From Candidatus Thorarchaeota archaeon (GTDB lineage: Archaea; Asgardarchaeota; Heimdallarchaeia; Hodarchaeales; Hodarchaeaceae), in contig JBHLRO010000010.1 of assembly GCA_048882505.1 (NCBI GenBank), positions 94,047 through 126,046 on the forward strand: a DNA stretch of 32,000 bases. The letters are read 5' to 3'. Below, in pieces: positions 10,201-22,200 of this stretch. Positions within the stretch are counted from its first letter, which is position 1, and each line of letters begins with the position of its first letter. Under the pieces are notes generated by a model that ran no database searches, had not been told where the DNA came from, and saw nothing but the letters and a program-made list of their open reading frames with translations. The position numbers and the translations under genes were made by a program.

Positions 10201-13200
10201 CAGTCAGCGCATTATCCTCACAACAACCGCTGATACAACAGGCCCTACCATGGCATCCATCACTGTTACGGGAGACTCCCCTGTAGTATCCAATTGGGAT
10301 CAAAATGGTGCAGAATTTAATATTGACTTTGCTACGACCAGCGATGGAGGGTCAGGGGCAAACGGTTGGTATGTAGAATATAATAATCCCGTACCTCGAG
10401 CCAATTGGACCACTCTTGATCCTTATGTCTATACGAATGATGTAGGAGACGGTTCATCAAATCCCTATCCCTTTTATGCTGTACCCGTTGACAAAGTAGG
10501 GAATATAGGAGCTGGTGTTAGATCAGACAATGGTTTTATCGATGAAACTGATCCGATTCTAGGTACTACATCATTTACCGATGCTGGGTATACCAACGGT
10601 AATGAAAATTGGTATGATCACGGAACAGCTGGCTCTGCCACGTTTAGAATCCCATTTACCGAACTGAATGTTTACTCGATATCTGTCGTTTGTACCATTG
10701 CCTCTTCAGATCGGGCATCCGATGCTGGAATCGATCAGACGAGTCCGTTCGATTCAACCATCACGTTATTGAATACTTACCCAGATGGGACTTATGTGAT
10801 CACTATCACCGTAATGGATAAATCGGGACGTACTGATACGACAGTCGCGGGCGGCCCGACCTGGATTAACTTGGACAATACTGATCCCTCTATCAGTGTT
10901 TCAGGAGAATCAGAAACCAGTAATTTCTTATATGCCGAATATGGCACAATTGTTCAAGGATATTACGGTTCTGGTATGGGAGCATCTCTTCAAGATTTTA
11001 CAATCAGCGGAATTGCCTCAGATACGGGCGTAGGAGTAAGTTCAATTACTGACAACACTTCATTTGGTAATAATCCCAGTAACGGTGGGTCTCCTACTAG
11101 CTGGAGCTTCCTCTATCAGATCGATGTTGCGGATAATGGGAATGTAACAGTAATCTATACTGCGAGTGATTATGTCGGAAATACAGCCACAACATTATAC
11201 ACGTTTTATGAAGATAACACGGCTCCTACTGGATATTCCCTTTCTCTTGATCCTGATACCACAACGGACATCGGGTATCTCCCCAACACCAATTATTACG
11301 ATGATGATTCTGTGGATGTAACAACGGGAGGAACCATCACTGAAATCCATTCAGGTCTCCCATCTTTGCGTTACACCTATCGGATCGGCTCTAATGCCTG
11401 GAGTCCATGGAGCGACGTCAGCATCCATCAATTCACGGGAGTACTTGACGGTACGTATAATCTTGAGGTCATGGTGCGGGACAACGTCGGTAATAATGGA
11501 ACCGCTCAAGCTGCTTCAAGTAGTGTGACGGTTGACACAGATTCGCCCGCAAAATTCAATTTGACTCTAACTCGAGTGGGGAGTGGATTTGGAGCCAATT
11601 TCAATGAAACGCTCATGGAGTTGATATTCAATTCCCAGAAGAATGATTTCTTCACTGCTAATATTACTTCCAATGGAACCTCGGATATTGGCAATTCAGG
11701 GTATTGGAAGATAGAATGGGATAAATACAGCCAATTTGAGACGGCATCAAATATAACAATTGCTGGTCTTCCAGAATCTAAGAACTTCAACTATCTGGGG
11801 GATGTAAACGGTACATTCCTCATTCGCCTTATTAATAATGCTGGAAATTACCAAGAATGGAATATTACGGCCATTGAGGTCGTTGCAACCGTAACACTCA
11901 CTATCACCGAAATCGTGGAAAGTTCAGACTTTCTCTATCATGACGGTATCATTTCTCATAATTACGGATACTATTCCGACAAAATGGGTGGTACTGTTGT
12001 TTTCACGCTAAGGGGAACTGCGACAACCACTAGTGGAGGATTAATGTTCACAACGGATGACAATTCGACCTTATCCGCAGCTAACACTGGAACAGAGAGT
12101 AATTGGGAGTTCAACTATACCTTTGATTCTACCACTGGATCAACTTATGATACATTCTTAGTAATCATAACTGGAACTGACAATTTGGCCTTTACTGGGA
12201 ATACTACCTTTGAGTTTCGGTATGACAACACAAATCCAACGGCTCCCACCATCATTGGAATATCTGAGTCTTCTGTTAATTTATACTACAATAGTACCGA
12301 TTTCATTTACTCAAGCGATCAAGCTATGACTGATCCATTTACTATCCAAGTGACGACGAGCGATAACGGAGTAGGGGATGTTGGGCTCTACAAGGCCAAT
12401 GCTAGCAGTGATTTTGGGGCCGAAGTTCCCGAAGATTCAAGTTATACAACACAATATGATCTGACGTATACGGTTTCCCAGTCTGAAACCGCTGGTGGAG
12501 ATAATCAAGTAATTATTGCGGTTTATGACTTGGTAGGAAATAATGCCAGCGTTTCACTGAATTGCCTCCTAGATGACACACCGCCGACCGTCACGGTTAC
12601 GGGAGAATCCGAGAATAGTTGGTACTTGTATGCTGGATATGGATCTGGAAATGAAGGGGTTTATGGTTCTCTTATGACCATCAGCCTCGCCTACACTATA
12701 AGCGGGACAGCAGTAGATACTATCGCGGGTTTGATTTCACTAGATGATAACACCACATTTGGTGATAATCCAGGAAACACAGGAACTCTCAGTAGCTGGC
12801 AATATGTTTACGTGATCGATGCTGCGGATAACGGAAATATTACCGTAGTTTATTCCGCTTCCGACAACGTGGGTAATATTGGTACCACCAGTTATAGGTT
12901 TTATGAAGATAATACAGCTCCTACGGTTCCTACCCAGCTCATAACGAATCCTTCTGGCAGTCCGTATCTGTATCTCAATAGCACAGCCCGCTTCTACTTC
13001 AGTGATCAAATGGGTTTAACTCCCGTTGAAGTCCAGATAAGTGGAACGGGATCCGATGCGCTGGCTGGATTAAAAAATGCCACCTTTCCCGCCCATTTCG
13101 GTGATTCGCCTGCTGCTGATCTGACACCTACTAGCTGGCAAGCCTCTTACAACATTCATGGAACGGATCCAGAGCAAACAGGACCTCAAACAAATATCAA

Positions 13201-16200
13201 TGTTTTTGTTTATGATAATGTTGGAAATGTAAATACTGTTACCTTTACATTTAAAGGGGACAATTCTTCGCCAAATGTCTCGTTAACTGGGATTTCCGAA
13301 GACGCGTTGGTGTATTATCTTTATGTAGCCTCAAATTCCTTAATATATTACTCCACAGTAGGTTCGGGGAATCGCAACTTCACTGTCACTGTCTTGGTTC
13401 AAGAACCTCTTGCGGTTCTCGACGCAGGTGTGAAAAATGTCTCGTTCCCAAACGTTTTTACGGGAAGTGATGGTGGCATTAACGCTTCCTCGGGTGGCAG
13501 CCATTCACGGACATGGCAATGGAGCTATTCCATCCCAATATCAGCGATTGAAAACGGAAGTTTCACGATTACCGCATATGATCAGGTGAATAACTCTCAA
13601 TCCATTGATCTTGAAATCTATCATGATTCCGCGGCACCTAGTGCCCCCACAATAACAGATGTCTTGGAGAGCTCCGAATTCCTCTACTATAGTGCTTCTA
13701 CACTATTTTATTCGAATGATCAAGTAATGAGCGCTTCTTTTACGATCCAATTAACCACTGCCGACCTTGAATCAGGCTTAGAAAATGCCACTGGAAGCGC
13801 AGATTTTGGGGGTGAAACACCTAATGATTCAATTTATTCTGGGGGTTACGAACTATCATACGTCATTAATCAAGGGGAAACGGACGGTGGGGACGATGTA
13901 GTCGTAACTGTGTACGATAAGGTAAGTAACAGCATCACGGTTACCCTTACGGTTACTCTTGACAATACAGCTCCGACAGGACTTTCGGTTAACTCAGTTT
14001 ATGAATATGGATCAGAGTTCCTTCATGTCATCGGCTCTACCTTGTATTATTCGAATGATCAGACCATGTCTGAGGATTTCACGATCGAGGTTTTGGCATC
14101 CGACGTTGATTCCGGACTTCTTAACGCGACAGGAGAAGCGGAATTTGGAAATAGCCCAGGAGATATCAGTTATTTAGCCGGATATAATTTGACATATACA
14201 ATTGATATGGGAGAGAGCGCTGGAGGCGGGAATGTGATCGTTTGGATTTATGATAATGTTGGAAATAATGCATCTATCAGTCTAATAACTACATTAGACA
14301 ATTCAGGTCCTACAAGCATCACAATTACGAATGTGATCGAGACTAGCGATTTTCTCTACTATGATGGAGCACGTGAAATCCTATTCTTTAGCAATGATCA
14401 AACCATGTCAGAGCTGTTCACGATTCAGGTGACAGCCGTAGATCCGGCTGCAGGGATAAAAAACGCCACTGGAGAAACCGAATTTGGCGACAGTCCTGTT
14501 GACACGACATACTCTGCTGGATTTGACCTTAGTTATACCATTGACCTCTCTGAAGCCACCTCTGATGGATATGTCACGGTGACCATTTTTGACATGTGTG
14601 CGAACTCAAACACGGTTGATCTAAATACAACAGTTGACAATGTGGGGCCAAGGGATCAGAAGATTACCCAAATCAATGATTTTGGCTCCAAATACATTTA
14701 TCTCTATAATGGTTCGAGCCTAATTCTCTATATCAACAATCAAACATCCTCGGATTATCTCTTTTTCATTTATGTAAGTGATAACGAGCCTGCAAATGAA
14801 AGTGGGCGCTATTTGGCTGAGGGCAGTCTCTACTTTGGCGAAATTCCAGTTGCTACGACTTACCAATACGTCCTGAGATATACCCTAAACCAAACTGAGA
14901 ATGTTGACAATGGAACATTGGTAATAACCACTTTCGATCGTTGTAACAATAGCAACTCGGTCGGTTTGACTGTCCAGGTGGATAGGACGCCCCCGGCACT
15001 AGTTCCTGGATACAGTTTCAATGACTTTGGCAGCGATTACATCCATAATAACGGAACACACTTCATCTTTAGTAGTCTCATGCCCTTCACTCAGACCATT
15101 CGCATCTCTGGGAGTGTCACGGATATCTATGCTAGTGTAAATGGGTCTGGAATTGATCATGTCGATTATCTTCCAGCGTTTGGGAGTTCTCCTACAACCA
15201 CCTTTGGACCCTCATGGATTGCGGACTACGGAATTAATTCGACCGATTCGGAGCACGGAAGCAATGGATCCGTAAGTTTTAGGGTGTATGATAATGTCAA
15301 TAATTCCCGTCTAATTTTCATCCCTTATGTGTCTGATACTACTCCTCCGTCGGGCTTATCGATCATTGACATCTTGGAAGACCTCCTTCCTGAATATCTG
15401 CATTATAATAGCACTCTCATTGCCATTTTCTATTCCCACGTAAGACCTGAAAAAGGCGAACGGAAATTTACCGTTCGGGTTTCTGCCGCTGATTTGGGAG
15501 GAGCTGGCCTAAGAAACACTTCATTCCCTACCATTGGCGTTGGCTTCAGTACTGGTGGATTCGATACCAGTGATGCAGATGGATTCTGGAACTTCAGCTA
15601 TACTGAAGATGGTTCGTCCGGAACGTTTAATGGAAGTCTTACTGTTACTGTTTATGATAATGTAGGGAATAGCAACACGGTAAATTTCAATGTGTACAGC
15701 GATTTTGCGCCCCCTGCGGGATTAACCCTCGTCGAGTTAATAGAGGATAGTGACTTCCTTTACTATGATCCAGGCTCTGAAACATTCTACTATTCAAACT
15801 CGCATAGCACTCCCCAGCCGTTCACAATCAATATTACCGCCGATGATCCTAACGCCGTACATAGTGGACTATTAGGTGCAAATGGTTCGGTTGATTTCAG
15901 TGAAACTCATTCAACGGTGGTTTTTGATGGAAATTTCTCTCTCACCTATGATGTTTCAAATGGTGAATCTGCCAGCGGAAATGATCTTACGATTACTGTC
16001 TATGACAAGGTAGGAAACTCTGCAGATTTCCATCTTTCCTCCATTCTGGACAATTTAGCTCCGTCGGCACCTACAATCACGAATGTGGTGGAAAATTCTT
16101 ACCTCCTCTACTATAGCGCTCCCACATTTTATTACTCCAATGACCAAACCATGAGTGCCAGTTTTACAATTCAGTTAACTACAAGTGATACTCTGGCAGG

Positions 16201-19200
16201 ATTACGCAATGCCACGGGAAGTGCGGACTTCGGTGGGGAAACTCCCAGTGATTCTGTGTATTCTGGTGGGTACGAACTTTCCTATACCATAAGTCAAGGG
16301 GAGACTGATGGTGGAGATGGTGTACTTATCACAATCTATGATCGTGTTGGCAATAGCGTGACAGGCTCACTGACGGTGCTTCTTGATAATGTCAGTCCCA
16401 CAGGATCTATTCTGACACTGCTTGAAAGTTCTGAATACCTTTATTTCAATGGTACGCATCTCTTCTACTCTAATGATCAATCCATGAGTGATCCGTTCAC
16501 TATTCGAGTGACAAGTAGTGACGCTGCGTCTGGCTTGTTAAATGCCACTGGAGAAGATGATTTTGGGGACATCAATGTAGGTGATACTAGTTATTCCACA
16601 TATTACGAGCTTACATACCTTGTCGATTCGGGAGACAGTGCTAGTGGAGCTCAAGTAGATATCTTCGTTTACGATCAGGTTGGAAATTCGTTATCTTTGG
16701 CTTTAAGTGCAGTAATTGATAATGATGCACCAAGTTCAGTCACCCTAAGCTCATTAACTGGAACTGATATTGCAAACTATCTATACTTCAATGGAACCCA
16801 CCTTTTTTACTCCAATGACCAAGTTATGAGTGAATCATTCACACTAAAATTGGTAGTAACAGAATTGATCAGCGGCATCAAGAATGTGACAGGAACGCTT
16901 GATTTCGGGACGATCCCAAGTACCACCACAAATGTCTCTGGAACATTCGACATTCAGTACACTGTAGATCAATCTGAAACCGCAGGATTGGACAATCAGA
17001 TAAATATCTCGGCGTTTGATAATGTGGGCAATGTCCATAGCTCGTTCGTTTTACCAGTAATCCTGGATAATACTGGTCCGATAATTCCTGCAATCCAGAA
17101 TGTGATTGAAAATAGTGAATACCTATACTATTCTGGAACGACGCTATATTATGCGAATTCACACCCCACTCAGAGCGAGAAATTCAGTGTGAATATTACA
17201 GCTAGCGATACCCTAAGCGGAATATTATGGATAAATGGATCTATCGATTTTGGGGAAACTCCCTCAGATCCTGATTATGCCAAAGGTTATTTCCTAGTGA
17301 ATTATACCGTTGGATTCAACGAAGAGGCATCAGGGTCTCAGATTGCGTTTACTGTTTATGATCGAGTGAAGAATACAAACTCCATAACGCTTAATTTGAA
17401 TAAAGACAATACTGCACCCTCTGGAATCTCTATTACCAGTGTAACCGAGAATAGTGAATATATTTATTACAGTCTAGGAACTAAGATCCTCTATTACTCC
17501 AGCGATCAGGCCATGTTGGGACAACCGTTTACGATTACCATTGTAGCTCAAGATAACGTCGGAGGTGCAGGATTATTCAATCTTACAGGGAGTACCGAGT
17601 TTGGTGATACACCAAGTGATTTAACGTATGTAGGTGAATATTCAGTAAACTACATTATTGATTCGTTCGAGACCAATGTTTCTGCTATCATATTGTCGGT
17701 CTATGACCGCGTTGGAAACCTCAACAATAGTATTACCCTAGATCTAAAACTCGATAATGCTGCCCCAAGTGCTCCATCTATCACGGGCATTGTTGAATCC
17801 TCACCCTATCTCTACTACAGTTCTCCCACATTTTATTATTCCAATGATCAACCCATGGGCCATAATTTTACGATCCAGTTTACGACTAATGATACATTGG
17901 CGGGGCTGCAAAATGCCACTGGAAGTGTGGATTTTGGTGGCGAGATACCAGTTGATGTAATATACAGTGCTGGTTATGAGATCACCTATAATGTTAGTCA
18001 GGGCGAAACCGATGGTGGAAATGACGTGGTTATCACTGTCTATGATCTGGTCGGGAATAGTATTACGGGAACCCTTAATGTGATTCTCGATAATGCTGCC
18101 CCAACCGTACCCACCATCACAGACGTTCTTGCACCTTCAGAATTCCTGTATTATAATGGGACTCATTTCTTCTACTCTAATGATCAACCCATGAGTGATA
18201 GTTTTACAATCCAGCTTACCACAAGCGATGCTCTGGCGGGCTTGAAAAACGCAACAGGGAGTACAGAATTTGGTGGTGAAACACCTGTCGATACCGGGTA
18301 TTTGAGTGGATATGAACTCACCTATACAATTAGTAGCGGCGAAACGGATGGTGGAGATGACGTGGTTATTACTATTTATGATCTGGTCGGGAATAGTATT
18401 ACGGGAACCCTTAATGTGATTCTCGATAATGCTGCGCCCATGGCACCAACGATTACAGGCGTCCTTGAATCTTCAGAACATTTGCATTACAGTGCCCCGA
18501 CTTTCTTTTACTCTAATGACCAACCAATGGCCGATAGTTTTACCATTCAGCTTACGACTGGTGATTCAGATTCTGGGTTACAGAATGCCACTGGTAGTAC
18601 AGATTTTGGCGGTGAAACTCCTAGTGATACATCATATTCTGCAGGTTACGACTTGATTTACACCGTGGACCAATCAGAGACCGCGGGCGGGGATAACCAA
18701 ATCGTGATAACAATCTACGACCAGGTCGGGAATTTCATTTCCGTCTCCCTGGATAGTGTCTTGGACAACACGGGCCCCATCAATACCAACTTAGTAACTG
18801 TGGTCATTCAAAAGAATATACAGAATCTTTATTATGCCAATGGAACAAAAACTCTATACTACTCAAATGATATAAGCGTTAGCGATAGTTTCAGTGTTCG
18901 TGTCTCGGCCCAAGATCCAAGTAGTGGTTTACAAAAGGCGAATGCTAGTGAATTTGGAGAAACTCCCTCCACAACTGATTATAGTTCAGGTTATTATCAG
19001 TTATCGTTTACTGTAAATACTGGGGAATCTTCACCCAGTTTCACAGTTACGGTGTGGGATAACGTTGGTAATCCTTCAAATATAGCACTTACAACTGTGC
19101 TTGACAATAATGCGCCCTCTGCACCTATAATTACGGGGGTCATTGAATCCTCACCCTATCTCTACTACAGTTCTCCCACATTTTATTATTCCAATGATCA

Positions 19201-22200
19201 GCCGATGGGCCATAATTTTACGATCCAGTTTACCTCTAGTGATGGAGCTGCCGGGTTGAAAAACGCTACAGGGAGCACTGACTTTGGTGGGGAGATACCA
19301 GTTGATTGGATCTATTCTAGCGGTTATGAACTCACTTATAACGTAAGCCAAGGCGACACAGACGGTGGAGACGGTGTTACAATTTCAGTTTATGATAAAG
19401 TAGGCAACAAAGTTACTGATGTTTTCTCTGTAAGCTTGGATAACACTAATCCAACTGCACCCAATATTAATAATGTTTTAGAATCCTCCGAATTTTTGTA
19501 TTACAACGCTCTTACTTTATTCTATTCTAACGATCAGGCCATGAGCGCTAGTTTCACCATTCAATTGTCGACAAGTGATAGCGGTGCAGGACTTTTAAAT
19601 GCAACGGGAGAAACCGACTTTGGAGGAGAAACCCCGAATGATTTAACCTATGTTGGGGGGTACGAGCTGACATATGTTATCAGTTCAGGTGAAACAGCTA
19701 GTGGAAACCAGGTAACGATTACGGTTTATGATAATGTCGGGAATTATGATAATTCCCAGAGCCTCGCATGTACCTTAGATAATATGGTTCCCACAGTTCC
19801 CATAATCATTGGGATCGGGGAATCTTCTGAATTTCTCTTTTACGGCGCTCCAACATTTTACTACTCCAATGACCAACCGATGAGTGACAGTTTTACCATT
19901 CAGCTTACGACTAGTGATTCGGGTTCTGGGCTACAAAATGCTACTGGAAGCGCGGAGTTCGGGGGAGAAATACCAGTAGACACTGTGTATGCTACTAGGT
20001 ATGAGCTTTCGTATACTGTATCACAGTTTGAAACCGCTGGGGGTGATAATCAGATTGTGTTAACAGTATATGATAATGTCGGGAACAGCGTAACAGGGCC
20101 ATTAAGTAGTATACTTGATAATGTTGCGCCCACAGTGCCGATCATTACTGCAGTGTATGAAGGATCGGACTACATCTATTATTCAGGATCCATACTCTAT
20201 TATTCAAATGATCAATCCATGACAGATAGTTTCACGATAGAATTTACAACCACAGATGGTTCAGCAGGCTTGCAGAATGCCACAGGAAGTGCAGAATTTA
20301 ATGCTGAAATCCCAAGCGACTCATCTTATTCGAGTGGATACAACCTCAGTTACACCATTAGTCAAGGAGAGACTGATGGAGGAGACGATGTTGTCATCAC
20401 CGTTTATGATTTTGTTGGTAATAAGATTACAAAAACATTTTTGGTGACATTGGATAATACGGCACCGAGCATTACACTAGAATCACATTCAAGTAAAATC
20501 TGGTATAATACTCCGGGTGGTATTACCTCTTACAGCGGATCTGTTTCAGACACCTTAAGTGGAATAACCAGTGCCTTCTTCAATTACTCGACTGATGGTG
20601 GAACTACAAACACATCCTTTACTGCGACTCTTGGAGGCGGGACTTGGCTAGATGACGATGAGATCACGGATACCGTGAACGATAATGTCACCCTTATTGT
20701 TTATGTCTGGGATAACGTCAAAAATGTGAATTCCACTACCGTGGAAATTTGGCATGATGATACACCACCCACTATCACCTATAATGATCCAACAGCAGGC
20801 AGCAGTACTATCTTCTATAATCTTAATGATAATGCCACCACTTTTGACATTGATTTTGGGGTTACAGGGGGTAAAACATTTTATAGTGGATTAGTAAAGG
20901 CTGAATACCAAACCGATGATGGAATGGGATGGTATACCATTTTCGATAATACAGGGGCCCCGTCGCTTCTCGATAATACCACTAACTGGAAGATTGAGCG
21001 ATGGAATGAAACGTTATTCAATGGCGTAAACACAATCGACATCCGAGTCACAGATGCCGCAGGCAACATTCGTACGGATATTTACAGTACTGGAGTATCA
21101 GGGTTCAATTTACGTCTAGATACGCAAGGACCAGTAGCATTGAGTCTTAGCGTCAAAGGAAATGAAATTGGAATTTCTGATCCCTCCTTATATGATTGGG
21201 CAGGATCAGACTTCTATCTTTCATTCAAATTCAACTCTAGTTCCAATATCACCAAATTCTATATCTATAGCGACCAAAACACTGTGATTAAATCATATCT
21301 TAATAAGTCAGGTACGGAAGTATTTACTTGGTATGAGGTTGGTCCTGGCCCCGTTTACCATAATTATACCACTGTTGATCAACTTGTTTTCTTTGACATA
21401 GGTAATACGGGGAATCGGAGTGTCTACGTTAGAGCGGAAAATCAGGCGGGGATAAATAGTAGCTGGATTCAAGTCTACCTCTTTGTGGATGAGGAGGATC
21501 CCACCCTAACGCTTACTTCCATAACTGAACTTAATCTAACGTGGACAATTCACCCAGACGTGTTGGCCGGGAATGGAACTCTCTATTTCAGTGACCAAAT
21601 GGGAGCATCAAATTCTGCTGGCTTTGACGTGACAGTTAACGCCGCTGATAGTGGAAGTGGAATGACAAATGGGTATGTTGATTTCCAAGCTTTTGAAGCA
21701 ATTCCAGCCCAAACAAACACCTATACCGGAACCTTTTCTGTTGGTCAATCAACTACTGATAGGGCATGGGTTCGAGCCTATGCAATAGATGCGTCCGGCC
21801 GAAACAGTAGTTCTATTGCAATAGTTGAAGTTATAAGAGACACTTCTGCTCCAACCTTACCAATCATTACAACTATAGTCGAGAATTCAGAGTTTCTCCA
21901 CTATGATTCAGGTTCAACTACCTTGTATTATTCGAACGACCAACCCATGAGCGCCACATTTACGATCCAACTTACAACTGCTGACTTGGGTGGTGCAGGC
22001 CTCGCAAATGCCACTGGTAGTGCCGATTTCGGTGGTGAAATTCCTACTGATACAGTATATTCGGGAAGATATGATCTTAGTTATACAATTAGCCAATCGG
22101 AGACGGCTGGAGGGGATAATCAAATTATTATAACTGTTTATGACCTGGTGGGTAATAGCAGAACAAAAACGTTAGATTCAACGATTGATAATGCCGCTCC

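Noticed and set aside
20585-20615. YSTDGGTT as a BNR/Asp-box sialidase repeat
   Set aside because: It is a single copy, lacks the terminal Trp and sits in an Ig-like domain rather than a propeller.
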